Below, piece after piece: positions 7,607 through 16,229 of a DNA stretch of 41,731 nt. The notes beneath the pieces are model-generated. The model did no database searches. It was not told the DNA's origin and saw nothing but the letters and a program-made list of their open reading frames with translations. The first letter of the stretch is position 1. Each line of letters begins with the position of its first letter. Both the position numbers and the translations under genes were made by a program. Source of the DNA: a virus (lineage: Duplodnaviria > Caudoviricetes); IMG/VR virus record IMGVR_UViG_3300043652_000023, positions 1-41,731 of that record. The stretch is one strand, 5' to 3'.

Positions 7607-9439
7607 ATGGGAAAGAACAAGGACCAGCCGGTCATGCAGGTCCCTGAGGGTATCGTCCCGACGCAGCCGACGGGGTCTCCTGGCCCCTCGGACGTCGTGG
7701 CGGTACCGCTGGCCCCGGAGGTCGCTCCGAGCCCGGAGAAAGCCCCTCGGAGGCTTCGCAGCAAGGGTGTCCCAGCGGCGCCGGTGGCGTTGGCTGGCTT
7801 CAACACGGTAGCGGTCTCGGGGGCTGCTGCCTTCAGCGCATTCGGTCCCATCGGCGGCGTGGCAGTCGCAGGTATGGCGACGGCGGGGGCTGCTGCCCTC
7901 GTCAGCAAGCGGCGCAGCTCGGTCAAGAAGGCCAACGCCAAGAAGGCAGCGCTTAAGGCCGGGGCCTCGCACGGATCGGCCGCCGCCAGGTCGGGCAAGT
8001 GGTCTCCTGGGTCCGGATCTTCCGGCAAGCCTGGGGTGGCCAACAAGGCCGGGTCTGGATCTGGCCGGACGGGATCTGTCAAGGGTGGGTCGGGCGGATC
8101 TCCGATCGGGCCGAGGTCGGCCGGGTCGGGTCTGGGCTCGAAGTCGGCCGGATCTGGATCTGGCAGGCCGGGGTCGGGATCGGGATCGGGCCGAGGTCCG
8201 GCTGGATCGGGATCGGACCCGAAGAGGTCCGGATCCGGCAAGCACGGATCGAAGGCCGATCTCGGTGGGTCCGGATCTCGGAAGGGGTCGGCCGGACCTG
8301 GGTCGGTAGGCACCGGCGGATCGGGCAAGAAGGGTCTGTTCGGCCTCGGATCGAAGTCCGGAAAGGCCGGGGTCGGATCGGCCCAGGGTGGCGGCAAGGG
8401 CAAGCACGGATCGGGATCGGCCGCCGGTCAGTCCGGATCTGGGTCGGTCGGCAAGAAGGACCGACCTCGCCTGCTGAAGTCGAGCCCCACTCGAACGTCG
8501 CTGCTCCGCAAAGCGGTCGGACCCAAGCCGGGGTCGGTCGGCCAGAACGGATCGACCGCGCCCAAGCGAGGCAAGGGGATCCGGGGCAACAAGGGCCCGC
8601 GACGTCAGTCGATCCCCGGGCAGCGTGGCGGGATCGTCCGGCGCGGTGACGGATCGAGGCGCCAGCCGATCAAGGCCACGACCAACGGAGCCAAGGCGGT
8701 CGGCAACGCAGGTCGGATCGTCGGCCACGGGGTTCGGCGGGCGCACAACAGCAAGGTAGGTACGGCCGCCCGCAAGTGGTCGATCGGCGGAATCAAGAAG
8801 TCGTTCGGAGTGGGCTGGCCCGCCACCGCCGCCGCTGTCCGAGGGGTAACCTCCCTCGCAGGCGGCAAGGGGTTCCGGGGCGCGTTCCAGGCGATGAAGG
8901 ACAACTGGTCCAAGAAGAGGGCACGCTGGTCGAAGGACAGCAAGCACGGTAAGGCGGCGGCAGCAGCTGCAGCCCTGGCCAAGCCGGTGGTTCCGGCGTC
9001 GACAGTCAACTATCCCGACAAACTGGTCGGGGCGAACGCCGGACGTCCGGCGCACACTGGAGGTGTGAACAGCATGCTGCAAGCTCGATTCATTGAGGCC
9101 GCCGCCGAAATGCTCGGTGCGGCGCAGGTCTACAAGCCTGAAGGCATGATGCAGGTCGGCAACGACTTTTCGGCCATGCCGGAGGCGTTCCGCAACATCG
9201 CCAACGCCATGCAGGTGATGGCGCAGCGAGCGCACGACGAAGACCCGATTCACCCGGCCATCCTCGACCAGATGGAGACGGTCTACCAGCACCTGCTGGC
9301 CGCATCCACCGCAGCCGAGGAACTGGCGCCCGCGTTCGAGAACCTGCACGCGGTCGACATCAAGCGTCTCCGCGAGCCGCGTCGAAACGAGCACGCTTGG
9401 GATGTCGCTTCGAACCGAGACCACGTCAGCCGAGCCTGA
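7607..9439 (+). CDS. Gly/Ser/Lys-rich protein with N-terminal TM and helical C-terminal domain (plasmid transfer accessory-like)
   Basis: GGAGG RBS; low-complexity GS repeats; possible internal start at ATG 9074 after GGAGG 9059; directly precedes the TraB-like gene. Confidence 0.7.
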   Translation: MGKNKDQPVMQVPEGIVPTQPTGSPGPSDVVAVPLAPEVAPSPEKAPRRLRSKGVPAAPVALAGFNTVAVSGAAAFSAFGPIGGVAVAGMATAGAAALVSKRRSSVKKANAKKAALKAGASHGSAAARSGKWSPGSGSSGKPGVANKAGSGSGRTGSVKGGSGGSPIGPRSAGSGLGSKSAGSGSGRPGSGSGSGRGPAGSGSDPKRSGSGKHGSKADLGGSGSRKGSAGPGSVGTGGSGKKGLFGLGSKSGKAGVGSAQGGGKGKHGSGSAAGQSGSGSVGKKDRPRLLKSSPTRTSLLRKAVGPKPGSVGQNGSTAPKRGKGIRGNKGPRRQSIPGQRGGIVRRGDGSRRQPIKATTNGAKAVGNAGRIVGHGVRRAHNSKVGTAARKWSIGGIKKSFGVGWPATAAAVRGVTSLAGGKGFRGAFQAMKDNWSKKRARWSKDSKHGKAAAAAAALAKPVVPASTVNYPDKLVGANAGRPAHTGGVNSMLQARFIEAAAEMLGAAQVYKPEGMMQVGNDFSAMPEAFRNIANAMQVMAQRAHDEDPIHPAILDQMETVYQHLLAASTAAEELAPAFENLHAVDIKRLREPRRNEHAWDVASNRDHVSRA

Positions 9440-9452
9440 CGCCCACGTTCCG

Positions 9453-9483
9453 CTTGCGCTCTTGGCAAGTTCCATGGTAAGAT
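9453..9483 (+). promoter_or_regulatory. Cassette promoter/operator upstream of the TraB-like gene
   Basis: CTTGCGCTCTTGGCAAG; TTGCGC-18-TAAGAT with extended TG. Confidence 0.75.
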
Positions 9484-9550
9484 TGAGATGATACCAAGGA
9501 GCTTGCCGGGAGCGCAGGCGGTTATCTGTTTCTTAGGGAGGTGCAGCAAC

Positions 9551-11674
9551 ATGGCAAAGAACATCGACTTCGACCGAGGTCACTCGCCCATCTCGGGCAC
9601 GATTAACGCCGCGTACACCGCGCTGTCGGTGGCCGCTGTCGGCCACGAAACCGGACTGCCCGCCAGCTGGTCGCTCGGCGTCGCCGGAGTCGGCGCGGTC
9701 GGTTCAGCTATTGCGGGCGCGTCCCATGAGCCCAAGCTGTCCGGCGGCTCGATCGCCCTGCGCGCGTCGGCATGGTTGGCTGGCGGCGGCTGGGTGTCCT
9801 GGGCGCTCACACAGCCGACCGTTTACGACTGGCATGTCGTCGGCCCGCTGCTGGCAGCTGCGTGCGGCTTCGGATCAGCGGTCGGCGTCCTGTCGTCCAA
9901 GAAGAAGAGGGAAGAGCGTCGGCAGTTGGCCGCGTATTCCGCCCTGTTCCGGGTCAAGACCGGCCAGGAGTGGACCGACCGCATCTCGCGTGTCTGCCAT
10001 GTCGAAAACTGCCAGGTCATCGCCGTAGAGCAGTGGACCGACGAGGGCGGCAAGAAGAACGACTCCGGGTTCACGATCGAAATCCAGATGCCGCAGGGTG
10101 GCGCCACCTGGCGTCAGCTCGCGCGGATGACCGACGAGCTGGCTTCCGATGCCAACCTGCCTGAGGGCTGCGGCATTGAGGTGTTCGCCGGTAAGAGCCG
10201 AGGCACGGCCATCATGAAGGTGTCGACGAAGAACTGGCTGACCGCGACCCAGAACGTGCCTCACGACGCGTCCCCGCTGTCCTTCGAGGATGACTTCGAC
10301 ATCGGCGTCCTGCGTGACGGCGGCCTGGCCACCATCAACATCCGGGAATTCTCCGCGATGCTGGTCGGTGCCAAGCGTACCGGCAAGACCAACCAGCTGC
10401 TGACCATGATCACGCGGTTCCTCCGGATGCCCAACCTTCGGGTGTGGGTGATCGACTTCAATGGGGGTGGCGTTGCGCTTCAGTGGCTGCGTGCCTGGGA
10501 TGCCCTCGGTCGACCCGGCCGACCGCCGATCGACTGGGTGGCTTCGAACATCCGCGAGTCCGCGATGATGGCGGAAGCGGCGGTTCGCGTGGCCAAGGCC
10601 CGCAAGGTCGAGTACCAGCAGCTGATGGCTGACGCCGACACCGACCTGTTGCCGATGACGGCCGACATCCCGGGCATCCTCATCATCACCGACGAGGGCG
10701 CTGAGATCTACGCCAACCCGAAGGCCCGCCCAGCGTCCGACCCGATGAAGGAGGTCCTGCGAATCGCGGGTTCGTCCGGCGTCAACCAGCTGAACTGCTT
10801 CCTGCGTGCCACGGCCGACACGACCGGGGACACCATCGTCAAGTCGCAGTCTCGGGTGCGCATCGGCATGATGCAATCGGCCGAGGAGGAGATCGGATAC
10901 CTTCACGGTTGGAAGTGTGGCATCAAGCCGGAGGACATGCCGGACCGAGGATACGCTGGCGTGTCCCAGGATGAGAACGGCAGCGCCCAGGTGATGCGCG
11001 GTTACCGCACCTTGCCCAGTGACATCAAGTGGTTCGTCGAGCACACGGTCCGGTACCGTGAGAACTCGGCGTTCGACGAGGTCAGCACCCGGGCGCTCGG
11101 TGGGGACTACGAGGGTCGCTGGTCCGACGAGCGCTCGGGGTACATCTTCACCGGCCGGACAGCACCGGAGGGCGAGCCGGAGATGGCTGGCCGCCAGCCG
11201 GAGCCGACCGACCAGGGCGACGGGGAGGACGACTTCTTCGCCAAGCGCGGGAAGGCCAACGACCCGGAGCAGACCAAGCTCAACCTGCGCAAGGCCGTCG
11301 AGGAGGGCGGCGGTCCGTCCGTGGACGAGCGAGCCGAGTTCGACCGGGTCATTCGCGAGGCGGGGGTGGCGGACTGGGACAACCCGGCTACCTGGGCCGA
11401 GGGCGGCAACGAGGAGCAGCCTCCCGCCGCTCCGACCGAGGACGAGTCGGCCGACGACGAGGGTGACACCCTGCGCGCGGTGGTGTTCGGTCTGGTCAAG
11501 GCAATGACGCCGGAGGGCGGAATCTCGGTCGGCGATATCGTCAAGTCGCTGCAGCGCCAGTACGGCAAGGACACCCCGCGACGCGAGACCATCACCAGGT
11601 GGCTTCGCGAGGACGAGCGCATTTTTAAGCCTACCGGGTATGGCAAGTATGCAGTGCGAGACGAGGACATGTGA
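9551..11674 (+). CDS. traB: FtsK/SpoIIIE-family TraB-like conjugative DNA translocase
   Basis: N-terminal TM helices, Walker A GAKRTGKT, Walker B ILIITDE, acidic linker, C-terminal winged-helix-like domain; GGAGG RBS before ATG 9551. Confidence 0.75.
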   Translation: MAKNIDFDRGHSPISGTINAAYTALSVAAVGHETGLPASWSLGVAGVGAVGSAIAGASHEPKLSGGSIALRASAWLAGGGWVSWALTQPTVYDWHVVGPLLAAACGFGSAVGVLSSKKKREERRQLAAYSALFRVKTGQEWTDRISRVCHVENCQVIAVEQWTDEGGKKNDSGFTIEIQMPQGGATWRQLARMTDELASDANLPEGCGIEVFAGKSRGTAIMKVSTKNWLTATQNVPHDASPLSFEDDFDIGVLRDGGLATINIREFSAMLVGAKRTGKTNQLLTMITRFLRMPNLRVWVIDFNGGGVALQWLRAWDALGRPGRPPIDWVASNIRESAMMAEAAVRVAKARKVEYQQLMADADTDLLPMTADIPGILIITDEGAEIYANPKARPASDPMKEVLRIAGSSGVNQLNCFLRATADTTGDTIVKSQSRVRIGMMQSAEEEIGYLHGWKCGIKPEDMPDRGYAGVSQDENGSAQVMRGYRTLPSDIKWFVEHTVRYRENSAFDEVSTRALGGDYEGRWSDERSGYIFTGRTAPEGEPEMAGRQPEPTDQGDGEDDFFAKRGKANDPEQTKLNLRKAVEEGGGPSVDERAEFDRVIREAGVADWDNPATWAEGGNEEQPPAAPTEDESADDEGDTLRAVVFGLVKAMTPEGGISVGDIVKSLQRQYGKDTPRRETITRWLREDERIFKPTGYGKYAVRDEDM

Positions 11675-12384
11675 GCCTGACCGAGACAGAGCGCGACGTA
11701 CTCGACACCCTGCAGCGTTTGGGTGTCGAGGCGTCCGCCGCCAGCATAACTGAACTCCTACTACTGGTCAGCAGATCAGAGGTCAGGAGGCGAGCGGCGG
11801 AGGTGGCGCAGTTGGCAGCCAGACCAACCGTACCTAGCCAACGGTCGCACGACCCGATCGTGTACTTTGTCCGTAACGGAAACATGGTCAAGATCGGCAC
11901 CACTACCAATCTGAGACGGCGCATGTCTAAGCTGTCTCAGCGAATGGACAACGTCGTGAAGAAGGTTCCCGGTGGCCGAGACGTCGAAGCCCAGTACCAC
12001 CGTAGGTTCACCAGCTTGCGGGATGGCAAAACCGAATGGTTCCGGCTTGAGGGCGCTCTGGCGGAGCTGCTGGGCGAGGAGGACACCGCGTCTCCGTCGG
12101 ACAGGCTCCGCAGAGTACTGGAGGAAGCCGGAGAATCGCCAGAGGGCTGGGAGCCGTCAGCCGACGACGGGGCCGATAGCACCCGGGCGGTGGTGTTCGG
12201 CCTGGTCAAGGAGATGACTCCGCAGGGCGGCCTTATGGTCGGCGAGATCGTCAAAACCCTGGTGGCGATGTACGGCGAGCAGGTCGCACCTCGTCGGCAG
12301 ACGGTAACCCGGTGGCTCCGCGAGGACGACCGAGTCTTCCAGCCGACCTACGGCAAGTATGCGGTGCGAGACGAGGACATGTAA
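11671..12384 (+). CDS. GIY-YIG/T5orf172-domain protein fused to a copy of the TraB C-terminal domain
   Basis: IVYFVR....VKIGTTTNLRRRM...E..YHRRF......TEWF; C-terminus nearly repeats TraB (RAVVFGLVK...RWLRED...YGKYAVRDEDM); GTGA overlap. Confidence 0.8.
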   Translation: MSLTETERDVLDTLQRLGVEASAASITELLLLVSRSEVRRRAAEVAQLAARPTVPSQRSHDPIVYFVRNGNMVKIGTTTNLRRRMSKLSQRMDNVVKKVPGGRDVEAQYHRRFTSLRDGKTEWFRLEGALAELLGEEDTASPSDRLRRVLEEAGESPEGWEPSADDGADSTRAVVFGLVKEMTPQGGLMVGEIVKTLVAMYGEQVAPRRQTVTRWLREDDRVFQPTYGKYAVRDEDM

Positions 12385-12396
12385 CCGAACACGCGA

Positions 12397-12427
12397 AGGC
12401 CCCCGCCGGAAGATCCGGCGGGGGCCT
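12397..12427. terminator. Bidirectional terminator
   Basis: AGGCCCCCGCCGGA-AGA-TCCGGCGGGGGCCT between convergent genes. Confidence 0.75.
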
Positions 12428-12436
12428 CGTGCTGTG

Positions 12437-12622
12437 TCAGTTGTCGAGCTTGATGCCCTTGCGAGCGGCCCACTCGCGGCCGATCTTTTCAGCGTCTGCA
12501 GCGGTCTCCGACCCCACGCTCAGCTCGCGGCCTCCTATTACCGGCCAGAACCCCTCGACGCGGTACACCCCCCGCCAGCCCCGGCGGTTCACGCTCCGGC
12601 GGTTCACGGTGATGATGACCAT
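12437..12622 (-). CDS. Small hypothetical protein (61 aa)
   Basis: GAGGGGGG RBS; repeat promoter at 12684-12700 (-) with TGATTTAAT. Confidence 0.7.
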   Translation of the reverse strand: MVIITVNRRSVNRRGWRGVYRVEGFWPVIGGRELSVGSETAADAEKIGREWAARKGIKLDN

Positions 12623-12670
12623 TTGACCCCCCTCGTTGCGGCCGAGACGTTCCCTCGACCAACAACGTTA

Positions 12671-12859
12671 TTAAATCACGGTACTTGCGTCGCCAGCAAG
12701 TAATTCGACGCGCGACCTGGGCACCCAACCCGCGTCGACCTTGTCCCAGTCGACCAGGCACCGCCACTCCCGGTTCCACACGTCGAACTCGTACTCGGCA
12801 ACGGTGCCTTCGCCGAACTCGCCTGCTCGGTCGATGACCCGACAACCCTTGGTGACCAC
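12671..12859 (-). CDS. Small SH3-like hypothetical protein (62 aa)
   Basis: GGAGG RBS; repeat promoter at 12915-12931 (-); KGCRV...GEGTV...CLVDWD. Confidence 0.7.
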   Translation of the reverse strand: MVTKGCRVIDRAGEFGEGTVAEYEFDVWNREWRCLVDWDKVDAGWVPRSRVELLAGDASTVI

Positions 12860-13012
12860 GCTGGACCTCCCCCACCGGCGGCATCTCCGCCAGTCAGGTC
12901 AGTCAACCAGTACGATTGCCTACAGCGCAAGTACTTAGTACCATTTGTGTAGCCAACAAGCGCGGTGGTCTCATGGATGAGTGGGGGGCAAGACAAGCAA
13001 GGAGCACGGACG

Positions 13013-13555
13013 ATGGCTAACATCGAAGAAATGGGCACACACGCCTGCCAGTGCCGGAACTTCCGGGACGCGCGCACCGGCGAGCACTTGGCGTGCGTGG
13101 CGGAGACGACCCGCACGTTCGCCCCAGGGCACGACGCGCGGCTGAAAGGGTTCCTGATCAAGGTCGGCCGACTCGGCCACATGATCAAGGTGGCTGGCCT
13201 GCCGGGCGAGGTTACCGCCGCCCAGGCAGCTAGCGTGTTCGGGTTTGCCGACATGGTGACTCGCGGCATCCGGCGCGAGGCGATAGCCCCCCGGCCGACC
13301 AGGGCTCAGCGGGCGCCAGAACCCGGCAAGATCACCTCGGTGCAGGTCGGACCGGACGTGGTCCGGCTGCGGTCCGACCAGATCGCTCGAACCGAGCGAG
13401 CATCCGCGCGGGTCGGCCGCTGGACCTACGACGGCCGGATCGACTGGTACGACCGGGCGGACGACGGCGAGCCGGTCGCGGTGTTCTCCTACACCGACCG
13501 GAACAGCATCGAGCGGCACACAGCCACGTTCCAGCAGGCGGCAACCGCCCGCTGA
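13013..13555 (+). CDS. Cys/'FxPGHDA' family protein, paralogue 2
   Basis: AAGGAG RBS; HACQC...C..ETTRTFAPGHDARLKGFL; C-terminal ARVGRWTYDG. Confidence 0.85.
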   Translation: MANIEEMGTHACQCRNFRDARTGEHLACVAETTRTFAPGHDARLKGFLIKVGRLGHMIKVAGLPGEVTAAQAASVFGFADMVTRGIRREAIAPRPTRAQRAPEPGKITSVQVGPDVVRLRSDQIARTERASARVGRWTYDGRIDWYDRADDGEPVAVFSYTDRNSIERHTATFQQAATAR

Positions 13556-13639
13556 CCAAAAAAGGAAACGCGCGCGTACGTGGGAGGTGGCGGGCAGCCC
13601 CTCCCACTACGTGTGTCTCAGATCACGTTGGCCAATGTG

Positions 13640-13670
13640 CTTGCGCAGGGGACAAGGCCCGTGATTTAAT
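13640..13670 (+). promoter_or_regulatory. Cassette promoter/operator
   Basis: CTTGCGCAGGGGACAAG...TGATTTAAT. Confidence 0.75.
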
Positions 13671-13717
13671 TTGATTATGGAGGGGGGCGTCGCCCCCCAC
13701 GAGATGAGGAGCCAAAA

Positions 13718-13924
13718 ATGAAGGTCACCTTCCGAGTCAACCTCACCAGCTCGACCGGCCGCACCGGTACTCAGCGAGTCAGCACCACGTTCGCCGAGTT
13801 GGAGAGCGACGAGAAGGGTACCAAGGCCGAGATGGGTCGGTTGGCAGCCGACGAGCTCACCTCCCGGGACCGCCGCAACGGCAAGCCTGACACCTGGGCC
13901 GTCACCTCCACCGAGCGGGCCTGA
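13718..13924 (+). CDS. Small hypothetical protein (68 aa)
   Basis: GAGGAG RBS; hairpin terminator at 13934-13961. Confidence 0.8.
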   Translation: MKVTFRVNLTSSTGRTGTQRVSTTFAELESDEKGTKAEMGRLAADELTSRDRRNGKPDTWAVTSTERA

Positions 13925-13991
13925 ACCCGACCCTGCGCCCCCCGGGAAACCGGGGGGCGCAGCTGTGTTCGGAACCGGGTTGCTTGAGGTA

Positions 13992-14022
13992 CTTGCGCCA
14001 GGGGCAAGAGCCGTGATTTACT
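13992..14022 (+). promoter_or_regulatory. Cassette promoter/operator
   Basis: CTTGCGCCAGGGGCAAG...TGATTTACT. Confidence 0.75.
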
Positions 14023-14074
14023 TTGGTTATCGGCAGGGGAGACACCCTCCCAGCCAATAAACAAGGAGCACCCG

Positions 14075-14566
14075 ATGAACGCCACCGCCGCCAGCACCCT
14101 GCAGGTCATCACCGACACCCACCCCTGCGCCTGCGGCGGGTACCAGGCAGTGGCGGCGGACGGCGCCACCAGCCGCACCGGCTGCTCGGCGGTCACCAAG
14201 CGAACCTTCGCCCCCGGTCACGACGCCCGACTGAAGGGTTTCCTGATCAGGGCTGGCGCCCAGGGCCTGCTGATCCGCACCCCGGTCGGCGGCGACGACC
14301 AGGCCCCCGTGAAGGTAGCGGAGCGGTTCGGCTTCGGGCACATGGTCGCCAAGGGCATCGCGGCGGCCAAGGCCAGGGCGTTCACCAAGGCCCTGAAGGG
14401 CGCCAAGAAGGCCCCCAAGGCGACCCCCGCCCCCGCCGCCACCGAGGTCGCGGCGAAGGTCGGCCGGTGGGAGTACGAGGGCACGCTTAGCGCCGACCAC
14501 ACCGAGTTCACCTTCACGGACCGCAAGGGCGCGGAGCACACGGTCGCCAAGTTCACGCTGGCCTGA
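14075..14566 (+). CDS. Cys/'FxPGHDA' family protein, paralogue 3
   Basis: HPCACG...TGC..VTKRTFAPGHDARLKGFL; AKVGRWEYEG. Confidence 0.85.
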   Translation: MNATAASTLQVITDTHPCACGGYQAVAADGATSRTGCSAVTKRTFAPGHDARLKGFLIRAGAQGLLIRTPVGGDDQAPVKVAERFGFGHMVAKGIAAAKARAFTKALKGAKKAPKATPAPAATEVAAKVGRWEYEGTLSADHTEFTFTDRKGAEHTVAKFTLA

Positions 14567-14627
14567 CAGACCGACCGGCGGGGGCCATCCGAGGCCCCCG
14601 CCCTCATCCCCCCAGGAGGGCAGTACA

Positions 14628-14816
14628 ATGAGGAAGAGCATCCGACCCGGCAGTGACGTCCGCGTGAGCAGCACCGGCGAAGGCCGCGTACTGGCGGTCG
14701 GCAAGCGCAAGCAGGGTGGCGCCTGGGTCCGCACCTACCGCGTCCGGCTGGCGCACAACGAGGCCGCGATTCGCACGGTGGCTGGGCAGTACATCCGCCC
14801 CAGCCTGGCGGCCTGA
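14628..14816 (+). CDS. Small basic SH3-like protein (62 aa)
   Basis: AGGAGG RBS; IRPGSDVRV...GEGRVLAV. Confidence 0.75.
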   Translation: MRKSIRPGSDVRVSSTGEGRVLAVGKRKQGGAWVRTYRVRLAHNEAAIRTVAGQYIRPSLAA

Positions 14817-14861
14817 CGAACAGAGTGGACACCACACCTCGCAACGGGGTAAAATGCCCTC

Positions 14862-15200
14862 ATGAAGACAGCAGAAGAGAAAAAAGCGGCGCACCTTACG
14901 TACGCTCGCAACTCCAATCGCAGACTCCGACTGGCTGCAATCGAAGCCTACGGCGGAAAGTGCGCCTGCTGCGGAGAAGACGAGGAGGCGTTCCTGGTTC
15001 TAGATCACATCAATGACGACGGCCACCAACACCGCGCCAGTCTCGGATACGGTAGAATGTCCACGGCTGGCGCAGGCGTCCCGACGTACCGGGCCCTCAG
15101 ACAGGAAGGCTGGCCTGAAGGCATCGTACAGGTACTGTGCGCCAACTGCAACACAGCCAAAATGCGAGGCGAGTGCCCACATCGGGTCGGCATCAACTGA
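14862..15200 (+). CDS. HNH endonuclease
   Basis: AYGGKCACCG...LVLDHI...QVLCANCNTAK. Confidence 0.8.
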   Translation: MKTAEEKKAAHLTYARNSNRRLRLAAIEAYGGKCACCGEDEEAFLVLDHINDDGHQHRASLGYGRMSTAGAGVPTYRALRQEGWPEGIVQVLCANCNTAKMRGECPHRVGIN

Positions 15201-15203
15201 ATA

Positions 15204-15234
15204 CTTGCGCCGAATGCAAGGCGTGTGGTTAAAT
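15204..15234 (+). promoter_or_regulatory. Cassette promoter/operator
   Basis: CTTGCGCCGAATGCAAG...TGGTTAAAT. Confidence 0.75.
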
Positions 15235-15291
15235 AAAATTACGAGGTCGGGGGGCGGTCCCCCGGCCGGGGGTAACAGGGGAGAACACAAA

Positions 15292-16020
15292 ATGGCGAAG
15301 AACAAGAACGACGTCGAGCCCACCGCCTGCGAGTGCAGCCACTACGACGCACTGGACAACGAGCAGCTCACCGAGGCAACCCTCGCCAGCGGGGACTACG
15401 ACGTCTTCACCACGGGCTGCACGGCGACCACGCGGAACACGTTCGCCCCGGGCCACGACGCCAAGCTGAAGTCCTTCTTCATCAAGCAGGAGATGGCCGG
15501 GCACGAGATCCGCCGGACCGGGGGCGGGGTGGCGGTCAGTGCCGACGCGGTGTCCCACGCCAACCGGTTCGACTTCGCCCACATGGTGCGGTCGGGCATC
15601 GCCAAGGCGCAGGACAAGGCCGCTGCCCGCCAGGAGCGAGTAGCCAAGCGGGCAGCCGACAAGGCCGCCAAGCCGAAGAAGGCGGAGCGCAAGCTCGCCG
15701 AAGCGGCGGGCGTGGTGTCGACCACGCACGACGGCAACAGCGCCCGGCAGGAGCGAGAGGCCAAGGCGGTCAGCCTCGCCGAGGTCGTGAAGGCCGAGGA
15801 GGCCAAGCACTCCGAAGAGGTCGCGGCCAGCATCCCGAAGCCGGAGTGGGACGACGCTCCGGCTGTGGACGGCGAAGGCCAGCTGATGCGACGCACCAAG
15901 GCGAAGGTCGGCCGGTGGGAGTACAAGGGCGAGATCCGCCAGATCGACAACGCCGCGTGGTTCGTGTACGCCAACCGCAAGGGCGAGGTCCTGAAGACCC
16001 GCGAGTACAACGAGGCCTGA
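15292..16020 (+). CDS. Cys/'FxPGHDA' family protein, paralogue 4
   Basis: ACECS...TGC..TTRNTFAPGHDAKLKSFF; AKVGRWEYKG; hairpin at 16028-16072. Confidence 0.85.
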   Translation: MAKNKNDVEPTACECSHYDALDNEQLTEATLASGDYDVFTTGCTATTRNTFAPGHDAKLKSFFIKQEMAGHEIRRTGGGVAVSADAVSHANRFDFAHMVRSGIAKAQDKAAARQERVAKRAADKAAKPKKAERKLAEAAGVVSTTHDGNSARQEREAKAVSLAEVVKAEEAKHSEEVAASIPKPEWDDAPAVDGEGQLMRRTKAKVGRWEYKGEIRQIDNAAWFVYANRKGEVLKTREYNEA

Positions 16021-16148
16021 CGGGACCGAAAGCCCCCGCGAGAACGCCGGAAGGCGGTCTCCGGGGGCTTTCGCATGCCCAGGGTGCGCGAGTACCGGCG
16101 GGGGTGGCGCAGGCCGCCGGACGGCTACGGGGAGACTCAGCCAAGGCA

Positions 16149-16178
16149 CTTGCGCGGAAGGCAAGGCCGTGATTCACT
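16149..16178 (+). promoter_or_regulatory. Cassette promoter/operator
   Basis: CTTGCGCGGAAGGCAAG...TGATTCACT. Confidence 0.7.
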
Positions 16179-16229
16179 GGAAGTACGCCCGGGGGCTGGC
16201 CTCGGGCCGATAAAAATAGGAGAGTTGAC

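Noticed and set aside
7588-8403. Pro-Asp repeat protein on the - strand
   Set aside because: Mirror of the GGATC-rich Gly-Ser tract; no start signals
7571-9475. Long minus-strand ORFs (634 aa here; also 22987..24738, 26121..27536, 29888..31453, 38245..39954 and others)
   Set aside because: Antisense shadows of high-GC coding genes: no RBS, no motifs, and they fully overlap well-supported + strand genes
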